A stretch of 64,000 bases of DNA from Nannocystales bacterium. Its GTDB lineage: Bacteria > Myxococcota_A > Polyangia > Nannocystales > Nannocystaceae. A program made the position numbers and the translations under genes. Position 1 is the first letter of the stretch; the number at the start of each line of letters is the position of its first letter. Location of the stretch: the NCBI GenBank assembly GCA_050633305.1, contig JBOEGF010000018.1, positions 288,001 to 352,000 on the forward strand, given 5' to 3'. The notes beneath the pieces were generated by a model, which did not search any database, was not told the origin of the DNA, and saw only the letters and a program-made list of their open reading frames with translations. Of the stretch, positions 31,320 through 39,830 are shown one piece after another.

Positions 31320-33425
31320 TTGTCTCGCTGGCTCATCCTCGCCTGCGTTGCGCTGACCACTTGCGACGCCGACACCTCGGAGATCCCCGAGGGGGAGTGC
31401 TCGGTTGTTCTCTGGGCGGAACCGCAGCGCTCGTCCGAGACTCTGACCGTTCGTGGGTCGTGGGACGACTGGGCGACGGAGATACCGATGCCCGCGTTCG
31501 ACGGTCGATGGCGGGTCGCCAGTTTTTCTCTCCCGCCCGGGGAGTACGGTTATCAGATCGTCGAGGCCGACAAGGGCCGGCTCGATGCCACGCAAGGACT
31601 GACGCGTTTCCGTTCCAGCGATGGGCAGGAGGTGTCCTGGCTCGAGGTTCACGCGTGCGACGTCCCTCGTATTGAGGAAGTCACCGCGGTCCAGCAGGAC
31701 GGTACGGTGAAGCTGGGGCTCGAGGTCGAGCGAACTCGAACCCGTGCCGAGCTCGATGCCACCGCGGTGTTGGTGGATGGGTCACCGACCGCTGCCGTGG
31801 TGGTCGAGGGTCGACTCGAACTCGAGGTTGGCAACCTCGCCACGGGCAAACACGCGCTCGAGGTGCAAGTCTCCGATGCTGAGGGCGCCACGGGGGTCCA
31901 CAGCGTCGACGTGTGGATGAACGCCAGGGCCGAACGCCCGGAGGACCAGATCATTTACCAGGTGATGATCGATCGCTATCACGGCGACGCGGGGACCGCC
32001 TTGTCGGCTCCCCCCAATCCGGGCGCGCGAGCGGGCGGTACGTTGGACGGGATCACCAGCCAGCTCAGGAACGGGACGTTCGACGCGTTGCCGATCACGA
32101 CGCTGTGGCTGAGCCCTGTGTATCTCAACCCCGACGAAGCTCGGGCGGGGACGGACGGCCAAGTCTACGAGGGCTACCACGGGTACTGGCCGGTGGACTC
32201 GCGTGGGGTTGATCCCCGCATCGGAGGTGAGGCGGCGTTGCATGAGCTGGTCTCGGAGGCCCATGCGCGCGGGATTCGGGTGTTGTTGGACATCGTTCCC
32301 AACCACGTCTACGAGACCAACCCGCGCTACGCCGACTACCTTGCGATCGACGCCGTGCATCAGCGGGATCCGTTGTGCGTCTGCGGCCAACCGGACTGCC
32401 CGTGGGACCAGAACATCCGCTCCTGCTGGTTCGTACCCTACCTACCCGACCTCCGATTCGAGGCCCCTGGAGTGCTCGACTTGGCGGTCGAGGACGCCTT
32501 GTGGTGGCAGGAGACGTTCGACCTCGATGGATTCCGGGTCGACGCCGTCCCGATGATGCCCCGGGCCGTGACACGCCGAATCGCGTCCGGGGTGCGGGCC
32601 CAAGTCCTCAACACCGGGGCGAGCTTCTCCTTGGGCGAGATCTTCACGGGGCCCGGCAGCGCGGGCACCGAGGTCCTCCGCTACTACCTGGGGCCGGACG
32701 CTCTCGATAGCGCCTTCGACTTCCCGCTGATGTGGGCGCTGCGGGATGCGCTGGCGACGAACGGGCCCGGGTTCGACGCAGTGGAGGCAAGCCTGCAACA
32801 CACCGAGAGCGCGGTCGCGGGGTCGGGGGCCACGCTCGGGGTGATGATCGGAAACCACGACGTCACCCGCTTTCTCTCGGAGGTCGTAGGGGATGCGGGG
32901 GTCGATCCGTGGGGAGATGTTCCGCCCGTCCAGCCCTCGGACGCAGAACCCTATGTTCGGCAGGCGCTCGCCCTGGGACTCGTCCTCACCCTTCGTGGCG
33001 CGCCGGTCCTCTACTATGGCGACGAGGTCGGCTTGGCCGGAGGACGGGATCCGGACAACCGTCGCGTGATGCCGCTCCAGAGCGAACTCCGAGGCAACCA
33101 GCAGCAGCTTCTGGAAGTCACACAGCGGCTGGTCCAAGCGCGCCGATGCTTGCCGGCGCTTCGACGGGGTGATCGGGTTCCGCTCCACGCTTCGGCCGAC
33201 ACGTGGGCGTTCATGCGTGATGCTGGCGATGCTGGGCCAGTCGTCGTGGTCGCACATCGCGGCGACGAGCCACAGGCCCTGGAGGTCAGCGCCCAGATCT
33301 ACCCGGGCGCGTACCGAGACCTCGTCTCCGGCGAGCACGTGGTGCTGGAGCGCGGCGAGGATTTGGACTTGGAGCCCTGGTCTCTGCGCGTCTTGGTGCC
33401 GGCGGCTCACGCGTGCGCGCTGTGA
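31320..33425 (+). CDS. GH13 alpha-amylase-family protein with N-terminal CBM48/E-set-like region
   Basis: VRGSWDDW..PGEYGY, YQVMIDRY, YHGYW, DIVPNH, GFRVDAV, GEIF, GNHD, LYYGDEVG. Start uncertain (TTG 31320 chosen). Confidence 0.88.
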   Translation: MSRWLILACVALTTCDADTSEIPEGECSVVLWAEPQRSSETLTVRGSWDDWATEIPMPAFDGRWRVASFSLPPGEYGYQIVEADKGRLDATQGLTRFRSSDGQEVSWLEVHACDVPRIEEVTAVQQDGTVKLGLEVERTRTRAELDATAVLVDGSPTAAVVVEGRLELEVGNLATGKHALEVQVSDAEGATGVHSVDVWMNARAERPEDQIIYQVMIDRYHGDAGTALSAPPNPGARAGGTLDGITSQLRNGTFDALPITTLWLSPVYLNPDEARAGTDGQVYEGYHGYWPVDSRGVDPRIGGEAALHELVSEAHARGIRVLLDIVPNHVYETNPRYADYLAIDAVHQRDPLCVCGQPDCPWDQNIRSCWFVPYLPDLRFEAPGVLDLAVEDALWWQETFDLDGFRVDAVPMMPRAVTRRIASGVRAQVLNTGASFSLGEIFTGPGSAGTEVLRYYLGPDALDSAFDFPLMWALRDALATNGPGFDAVEASLQHTESAVAGSGATLGVMIGNHDVTRFLSEVVGDAGVDPWGDVPPVQPSDAEPYVRQALALGLVLTLRGAPVLYYGDEVGLAGGRDPDNRRVMPLQSELRGNQQQLLEVTQRLVQARRCLPALRRGDRVPLHASADTWAFMRDAGDAGPVVVVAHRGDEPQALEVSAQIYPGAYRDLVSGEHVVLERGEDLDLEPWSLRVLVPAAHACAL

Positions 33426-33454
33426 CGCCTCCGCGTGGTATATCGACTCCCGAG

Positions 33455-35449
33455 ATGAAAGCGTTCAGAGGCCTGCTCGCGTTGTCTGTGGGCGTCGTCG
33501 CGGCTTGCGGCAACGACGGTCTCGAGTCCGACCCCGATCTCCAACCCCCCGCGGGGACCGAGGCGTACGACCCTTCGGATGGTCAGGGCGAGGGCGGTGG
33601 GGGCTACTACAGCACCTCCGGCCCGGATACCGGGGAAGGTGGAGACGAGTCCGGTGGGGCCCTCGGGTGCGAAGAGGACAACCGCCGTTGCTCTTACACC
33701 TTCGAGTTCCCCGACGAAGGCTACGGGACCGTCGAGGTGATGGGCAGCTTCGCCTCTGACGGCTGGGAGAACGGGGTCCCGATGGCGCTCGAGGACGGTG
33801 TCTGGCGAGCGAGTCTGGGCGTCTCTTGGGGCGAGGACACCGAGTACCGCTTTCGTGTCGATGGCAGCGAGGACTGGGTCTTGGATCCGGGCAACGAGGA
33901 CACGATCAACGACAACTCGCTGCTGCAGGCCTCGATGTGCGAGGAGTTCTCGTGCGAGCCCATCGCGCTCGGCGACTTCGACTGGCGGGATGCAGTCATC
34001 TACTTCGTCTTCGTCGATCGTTTCCTCAACGCGGATCCGAGCAACGATGGTGGCGTCGGGGTGCCCTCCGCCAGCGATTGGCAGGGGGGCGACTGGGCTG
34101 GCGTCACGCAGCGCATCGAGGAAGGCTACTTCGAAGACCTGGGCGTGAACGTCCTGTGGCTGTCCGTCCCGATGGACAACACCGACGGGAGCGGGCCCGG
34201 AACCGACGGCCGCGACTACTCGGCCTACCACGGCTACTGGCCGACGGACCTCAACGCCACTGAGGAACACTTCGGCACGCTCGCCGAGCTCCAGCAGCTG
34301 ATCGACACCGCGCACGAGCACGAACTCAAGGTGCTCTTCGACTACGCGATGAACCATGTGCACGACGACTCGCCCGTGTACGCCGAGCATCCAGACTGGT
34401 TCTGGCCGAACGACAACGGGGCCGGTGGGGACTGCGTCTGTGGGTCGGGCTGCGGTTGGGATGACGCGCAGGGGCGCCGTTGCTGGTTCACCGAGTACCT
34501 GCCGGACTTCGACTTCTCCCAGGCTGCCGCCCGCGACTTCTCGGTGGGCAATGCGCTGCAGTGGATCGAGGACACCGGCGTCGACGGTTTCCGGCTCGAT
34601 GCGGTCAAACACATCGAAGACGAGTGGCTTCTCGAGCTGCGATCCCGGGTGCGTGACGAGGTCGAACCCGAGACCGGGCAGCACTTCTACATGGTCGGCG
34701 AGACCTTCACGGGCAACGTCGACACGATCGCCTACTACGTCAACGACGACATGCTCGATGGGCAGTTCGACTTCCCTTTGCGCATGGAGATGGCGCGGAC
34801 CGTGCTGATGCGGCAGGGCTCGATGAGCGATCTCGCCGGCTTCATGGATGCCAACGACGACCGCTACGGCGCGGGCATCATGAGCACGTTCATCGGTAAC
34901 CACGACATTCCGCGTTGCATCCACTTGGCCGAAGACGCCCCGCTGTGGGACGACCCTTGGGCAGGTGGCAAGGACCGTGCGTGGGAAAATCTTCCGGGTC
35001 TGCCTTCCGCGGGCTCAGCGTTCGAGCGACTGGGCAACGCGTTCACCATCCTCATGACGACCCCCGGAGCGCCACTCATCTACTATGGGGATGAGGTCGG
35101 ACTCGCAGGGGCCGGTGACCCCGACAACCGACGCTTCATGCAGTGGGAGGGCTACTCCGCTGGGCAAGAGTCGCTTCTGGGGCACATCTCCGCGCTCACG
35201 GCGTTCCGTGCGGACCACCCCGCAACGCGTCGGGGGACCCGGCAAACCCTCGCCGCCGACGCGGACACGTTCACCTACTCGATGACGTTCGGTGGCGACG
35301 AGGTCTTTGTGGTCCTCAACCGCGCCGACAGCTCCCGAAGCGCGTCGGGGCTGCCCGAAGTCGAACTCACCGACGCGCTCAGCGGCGCATCCGTCTCGGG
35401 CCCCACGGTCGAGGTCGGGGCGCGCTCGGCCCTGGTTCTCAGCCGCTGA
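33455..35449 (+). CDS. GH13 alpha-amylase-family lipoprotein with CBM48-like domain
   Basis: Lipobox VAAC, YFVFVDRF, GGDWAG, YHGYW, GFRLDAVKH, GETF, GNHD, YYGDEVG. Confidence 0.93.
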   Translation: MKAFRGLLALSVGVVAACGNDGLESDPDLQPPAGTEAYDPSDGQGEGGGGYYSTSGPDTGEGGDESGGALGCEEDNRRCSYTFEFPDEGYGTVEVMGSFASDGWENGVPMALEDGVWRASLGVSWGEDTEYRFRVDGSEDWVLDPGNEDTINDNSLLQASMCEEFSCEPIALGDFDWRDAVIYFVFVDRFLNADPSNDGGVGVPSASDWQGGDWAGVTQRIEEGYFEDLGVNVLWLSVPMDNTDGSGPGTDGRDYSAYHGYWPTDLNATEEHFGTLAELQQLIDTAHEHELKVLFDYAMNHVHDDSPVYAEHPDWFWPNDNGAGGDCVCGSGCGWDDAQGRRCWFTEYLPDFDFSQAAARDFSVGNALQWIEDTGVDGFRLDAVKHIEDEWLLELRSRVRDEVEPETGQHFYMVGETFTGNVDTIAYYVNDDMLDGQFDFPLRMEMARTVLMRQGSMSDLAGFMDANDDRYGAGIMSTFIGNHDIPRCIHLAEDAPLWDDPWAGGKDRAWENLPGLPSAGSAFERLGNAFTILMTTPGAPLIYYGDEVGLAGAGDPDNRRFMQWEGYSAGQESLLGHISALTAFRADHPATRRGTRQTLAADADTFTYSMTFGGDEVFVVLNRADSSRSASGLPEVELTDALSGASVSGPTVEVGARSALVLSR

Positions 35450-35488
35450 GCCTTCGGGCGCGGCTATTCGGTGGCCTCAGCGGCTACC

Positions 35489-36481
35489 TCAGCGGCTACC
35501 GTAGTTGTGCTCGGTCCGCTCCTCGTTGCGGTCCGTCGCCACGGCGGGCGGCGTGGAGAGGGTATCGAGCCGTCGCTTGAGCTCGGCATCGAGCGAGTAG
35601 TCGGCCGCGCGCAGGGCGGGCTCGATCTGCTCGACCGAGCGTCCTCCGATCAGCGGCGCTGTGACGGCGGGGTTGGCCCGAACCCACGCGATGGCGAGCG
35701 TGACCGGGTGGACACCTGCTTCGCTCGCAAGGTCGGTCAGGCCCTGGGCGATGTCGTAGTTCGTCTTCGCGGCGTAGCGGGTCACGTACATCGGATTGTC
35801 GATGAGTCGGCCGGAGTCGGGCCGCGTGTTCCGGCCGTACTTCCCCGTCAGCAAGCCACCTCCCAGCGGCGAGTACGGGAGCACTCCCAGGCCTTCCGCA
35901 GCGGCCATCGGAAGCAGCTCTGACTCGGCCTGTCGTTTCGCGAGGTTGTACATGGGCTGAATGCAGGTCAGAGGGGCCCAGCCGTTTGAACGCGCCACGC
36001 CGACCGCTTTCATCGTTTGCCACGCGGCGAAGTTGGAGGCGGCCGGGTAGAGGATCTTCCCGGACTGGACCAACATCTCGACGCCGCGCAACGTCTCCTC
36101 GATATCGGTTGCCTCATCCCAGCGATGCAAGAAGAAGACATCGATGCGGTCCGTCTTGAGCCGCTCGAGGCTGGCTTCGACGGCGCGGACAAGATGGTAG
36201 CGGGACGACCCACGCGCGTTGGGGGTCTTGCGGACCGGGAAGTAGGCCTTGGTCGTGAGGACGATGTCGTCGCGGCAGCTTCGGAGCAGAGTGCCGAGAA
36301 TCGATTCGGAACGGCCCCCGTTGTAGACGTCAGCGCAGTCGAACAGATTGACCCCAGCGTCGAGGCACAACCGGAAGATCGCCTCGCTGGTGTCCGAGTC
36401 GGCGTCCCCACCAAAGGCCATCGTTCCCAGCGCAACCGCTGACACCCGGACGCCCGTTGTTCCCAGAAACCCGTACTGCAT
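35489..36481 (-). CDS. Aldo/keto reductase
   Basis: LGTMAFG, FDCADVY, SESILG, SLERLKTDRID, YSPLGGGLLTGKY. Confidence 0.93.
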   Translation of the reverse strand: MQYGFLGTTGVRVSAVALGTMAFGGDADSDTSEAIFRLCLDAGVNLFDCADVYNGGRSESILGTLLRSCRDDIVLTTKAYFPVRKTPNARGSSRYHLVRAVEASLERLKTDRIDVFFLHRWDEATDIEETLRGVEMLVQSGKILYPAASNFAAWQTMKAVGVARSNGWAPLTCIQPMYNLAKRQAESELLPMAAAEGLGVLPYSPLGGGLLTGKYGRNTRPDSGRLIDNPMYVTRYAAKTNYDIAQGLTDLASEAGVHPVTLAIAWVRANPAVTAPLIGGRSVEQIEPALRAADYSLDAELKRRLDTLSTPPAVATDRNEERTEHNYGSR

Positions 36482-36554
36482 GGCGGGGTTTTAGCGCCGT
36501 GCGTCCCAAGACGGAACCTCGAGAATTGCCGCTGGCGGCCGATGCAGGAGTTTC

Positions 36555-36836
36555 ATGTCGGAGCGTGCCTCGGAAGACCGCCCTCTCGCGATCGCCGCAA
36601 ACGGGGGGGACCTGCCGGAACAGGTGGATGCAGTCGAGCGGGAGCTGCGGCTCGTGCACGCGAAGCTGGACCAGATCCTGTGTTCGGTCGAGTCTCTCGC
36701 GCGCAGCCCCTCGATGGAGCACGCCGTTGCGGCGACCCTTCGCGAAGCGGTGGAGCCCGCTGCCGAGGCGATTCACGCGGGCGCGGGCTTGCTGCTGGAA
36801 CGTGTCCGAGCATCCCGCGTCGCCAGCGGCTGGTAG
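36555..36836 (+). CDS. Small hypothetical helical protein
   Basis: Good RBS (AGGAG) 4 nt before the ATG, 93 aa with coiled-coil-like composition. Confidence 0.55.
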   Translation: MSERASEDRPLAIAANGGDLPEQVDAVERELRLVHAKLDQILCSVESLARSPSMEHAVAATLREAVEPAAEAIHAGAGLLLERVRASRVASGW

Positions 36837-36860
36837 CTCCAGCGGTCTTCGTCGGGTCCG

Positions 36861-36923
36861 AAAACAAAAAAAACCGGCCGCGGCTCTTCGTACGGTGGTG
36901 AGCTGTACGAGAACCGAGGCCGG
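36861..36923 (-). terminator. Intrinsic terminator on the minus strand
   Basis: Long GC-rich hairpin at 36874-36923 followed on the minus strand by TTTTTTTTGTTTT. Confidence 0.85.
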
Positions 36924-37100
36924 CGGTGTTCGGCGTTCATCGCGAACCCGTCCGCCTCAACGTTCCAACCTTCGTGTCTACATGTCTGCAGACGACAAGG
37001 TCGGGGGTGGGGTGGGGTGGGGTGCTAGGACGGCCGGGTTGAGACTCGATGTAGAAAGGGGGACTGACTTGTTCGGTGTCTCTTCGCGGTGGTGTCGCCG
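36861..37100 (-). ncRNA. Candidate structured small RNA (5' end uncertain)
   Basis: Three consecutive stem-loops whose non-Watson-Crick pairs are G-U on the minus strand, a GACA (GNRA) tetraloop, C-rich single-stranded tracts and a terminal U-run. No credible ORF. Confidence 0.6.
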
Positions 37101-37246
37101 GACGCTGCTCCCGTCGCCGTGCCAGCGACTGAGCGCACCATTAGTGGAACTGGGGACCGAACCGATCACGAAAAGTGCTCCGTTTGAGGAGAAAACCTTG
37201 AGGGCGAGTCCAGCCCGCGAACCTTGTATGATCTCGGCTCCGGTTG

Positions 37247-37969
37247 ATGACCTCGCAACGCCCTCCTCAGGCCCCGTCCGACCTCGCTGCGCAGCTCCGT
37301 GCGACCGCGCATGAGCCGGACGACGATGTGGCCTCGGCTCTGCGAGCTCGGTTGCGGCACAAAATGTTCGGTCGTGGCCAGCGTCCAGCTCCCAGTGCGC
37401 CCCTGGACGCCGCGGACCCGCAGGTCGAGTCGCCGTCCTCTCTACTGCTCGGATGGAGCGTCCCGACGGTTGCAGTCGTCGCCCTGGTCGGCATGTCGTT
37501 GTGGCTCTACCGCGCGCGAACCGAGGAGACCCCAGCACCGGCGCCCGAGGAGCCCGCGGTCTTACGCGCTCACGTGTCGGCTCCCCAGGCCGAGGCCGAG
37601 GCTCCCTTGGAGCCCGATCCTGGGCCTGGCTTGCTCGAGGCAGCTGCGCTCGAACCCGATCTGGCGAGGCGGTCGTTCGCGACCTCGGCGGCGGTTCGGG
37701 CAGCCTGGGCGGAGCCCTCCGCACCTCGCCGACTGGAGGCGACAGTGGGACTCGCGGATCAGTTGCGGGGAGAAGGGGAGCCCTTGCGGGCGCTCGAGGT
37801 GGTGCGCGCCGTCCTCGACGACCTGGAACTGCAACCTCACGCGAAGCCGGCTCGCGCAGTCTTGCTGGAGAGCTTGGCGCGGGCCTATGAAGACCTCGGT
37901 CGCGAGCCTGCAGCCACGGCCGCCCGCGCGGAGGCCAGGCGTCTGACTCCGTCCGATGGGGCACGCTGA
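37247..37969 (+). CDS. Single-pass membrane protein with a TPR-like C-terminus, putative ECF partner
   Basis: One TM segment (VPTVAVVALVGMSLWLY), Pro/Glu linker, helical C-terminus ARAVLLESLARAYEDLG. Directly upstream of the ECF sigma gene. Confidence 0.65.
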   Translation: MTSQRPPQAPSDLAAQLRATAHEPDDDVASALRARLRHKMFGRGQRPAPSAPLDAADPQVESPSSLLLGWSVPTVAVVALVGMSLWLYRARTEETPAPAPEEPAVLRAHVSAPQAEAEAPLEPDPGPGLLEAAALEPDLARRSFATSAAVRAAWAEPSAPRRLEATVGLADQLRGEGEPLRALEVVRAVLDDLELQPHAKPARAVLLESLARAYEDLGREPAATAARAEARRLTPSDGAR

Positions 37970-37982
37970 TACAGTGCCCGCG

Positions 37983-38618
37983 GTGAGCGATGGCCGGGAC
38001 GATGTCGAGTTGCTCGAGCGCTGGCGCGACGGGGACTTGGGCGCGGGCGATAAGCTGTTCAATCGCCACTTTTCTAGCGTGCACCGGTTCTTCCGGAACA
38101 AAGTGAACGAGGGGGCGCTCGAAGACCTGGTTCAGCAGACGTTCATGGCGAGCGTGGAGGGCCGGGAGCGCTTTCGCAGCGACTCGACGTTTCGCACGTA
38201 CCTGTTTGGTGTCGCACACAACCTGCTGCGCGACCACTACCGCCGGCAACGCAAGGTCGAGGTGCTCGACTTTGCGGAGGCCTCGGTTGAAGACGTGGGG
38301 TTCGGTCCGAACACGCTGCTGGGTCGCCAGCAGGAGCAGCGGTTGTTGCTCGAGGCGTTGCGCCGGATCCCGATCGACTGCCAGATCGTTCTCGAACTGT
38401 ACTACTGGGAGGAGCTATCGGCTTCGCAGACCGCCGCGGTACTCGGGATCCCCGAAGGGACCGTGCGCGGGCGGGTCCGCAAAGCGAAGGCGCTGCTCAA
38501 GAAGAAGCTGACCGTGTTGGCGCGCTCCCCCAGTGATCTCGAGTCCACGGTGCAGAACCTCGAAGGGTGGGCGGCCTCGCTCCGTGAGGCTCTCGCCGCG
38601 TCGACGCGCAGTCACTGA
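37983..38618 (+). CDS. ECF-type RNA polymerase sigma factor
   Basis: LLERWRDGD, EDLVQQTF, FRTYLFGVAHN (region 2), LYYWEELS..AAVLGIPEGTVRGR (region 4). Confidence 0.93.
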   Translation: MSDGRDDVELLERWRDGDLGAGDKLFNRHFSSVHRFFRNKVNEGALEDLVQQTFMASVEGRERFRSDSTFRTYLFGVAHNLLRDHYRRQRKVEVLDFAEASVEDVGFGPNTLLGRQQEQRLLLEALRRIPIDCQIVLELYYWEELSASQTAAVLGIPEGTVRGRVRKAKALLKKKLTVLARSPSDLESTVQNLEGWAASLREALAASTRSH

Positions 38619-38654
38619 CGCGACGAGCACCCCCGCAGATCCGGTTCCCAGAAC

Positions 38655-39269
38655 CTACTCGCAGGCGCTGCATGCTTCAGAGGCGGCCTCGCACTGCGCA
38701 CCGGCGCGGTCGCATGCGTCCTCGTATCGGACGTCGTCGACGTGTTCGTCCGCGAGCCCACAGATCCGGTCGGCCAAGGTGCACGTGGCCTCGGCCAGGT
38801 CGCAGACCCGCTCACAGCGGGTTTTCTTGCCGCGTTGCTTTCGCTTTGTAGCCCGTCGTCGGGAGCGGGTGGTCTCCGCCGCGAACTCTCGTTCGGAAGC
38901 TCCCGCGACGGTCGCCTCCTCCTCGTCTGCCATGGCCGGCTCCGGCTCTGGAGCTGGCTCAGCAGGCGGCGTTGCGGGAGCCGGGGCGGAGGTGTCGTCG
39001 GAGGCCTCGTCGTCGTCTGGGGCTTGGGGACCGTCAGCTTTGTCGGCGCGAGACTCGGTGACCCGGGCCAGCCGCACACCCTGTGCTTCGAGACGCTCCG
39101 CGTTCACCGCGAGCTCGGACTCGATCGCGACGATGTCGTCGAGCTGGGCCGCAGGAGACTCTGCCGCGGCCGTTCCCGAAGCCGCCTTACAGCCTCCAAC
39201 GGAGAGCACAAGGGCTCCGAGGGCAAGAAACCTCCGGGGATCACGGGCGGGGCGAGTTGAAGCACGCAT
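38655..39269 (-). CDS. Hypothetical lipoprotein with an 8-Cys C-terminal helical domain
   Basis: RRFL...VGGC signal, C-terminal CERVC..C..C...C..C..CSAC. Confidence 0.7.
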   Translation of the reverse strand: MRASTRPARDPRRFLALGALVLSVGGCKAASGTAAAESPAAQLDDIVAIESELAVNAERLEAQGVRLARVTESRADKADGPQAPDDDEASDDTSAPAPATPPAEPAPEPEPAMADEEEATVAGASEREFAAETTRSRRRATKRKQRGKKTRCERVCDLAEATCTLADRICGLADEHVDDVRYEDACDRAGAQCEAASEACSACE

Positions 39270-39366
39270 GCCTGGCTGCAGAATCGACTGCATCACGTCT
39301 GAGATCAACCGCATGGCAGGAGCGGAACGGCTCCGCGGCATCGGTGCTTACAGGTACCATCGCCCG

Positions 39367-39816
39367 GTGTCGCCAGAGGGCCACAGCGTTCGAATCGTGG
39401 TGATCGTGCTCGTCCGACGGGGGCACCGCTATCTGATGGTGCGCGACGACAAGCGCGGGGGGACCTGGTACCCGCCCGCGGGCATTCTCCAGCGCGGGGA
39501 GGATGTGACGGCGGCAGCCAACCGCGTCGTCCAGCGGGCCAGCGGTTGTACGCCGCTGTTGGAAGGAATCGTTCGGATCTCCCACATGCCGTTGCTCCCC
39601 GGCAACGAGCTGGGACGACTCCGCTTTGTGCTCGAAGCCCACCTCTCGACGGAGGCGCTCTCCGAGACCACCGCGAAGGCGCCCGCGTCGTACCTCCTGC
39701 CCTCGGAGATCCGGGGGCTCGAGCTGCGCGACGACTCCGTCGCTTCGCTCATTGCGGAGCACGCCCGCGGCATGCCAACGACGTCGCTGGACGTCTATCG
39801 CTTGGGCCTGGTGTGA
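39367..39816 (+). CDS. NUDIX-fold protein with a degenerate Nudix box
   Basis: VIVLV..YLMV...WYPPAG...GE...AA.R..SG pattern. Start GTG 39367 chosen within the long ORF at 38533. Confidence 0.72.
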   Translation: MSPEGHSVRIVVIVLVRRGHRYLMVRDDKRGGTWYPPAGILQRGEDVTAAANRVVQRASGCTPLLEGIVRISHMPLLPGNELGRLRFVLEAHLSTEALSETTAKAPASYLLPSEIRGLELRDDSVASLIAEHARGMPTTSLDVYRLGLV

Positions 39817-39830
39817 CCTCGGGTGGCCGC

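Noticed and set aside
37107..37124. TGGCAC on the minus strand as a sigma-54 promoter for the candidate sRNA
   Set aside because: The GC dinucleotide is not 10 nt after the GG, so the required spacing fails.
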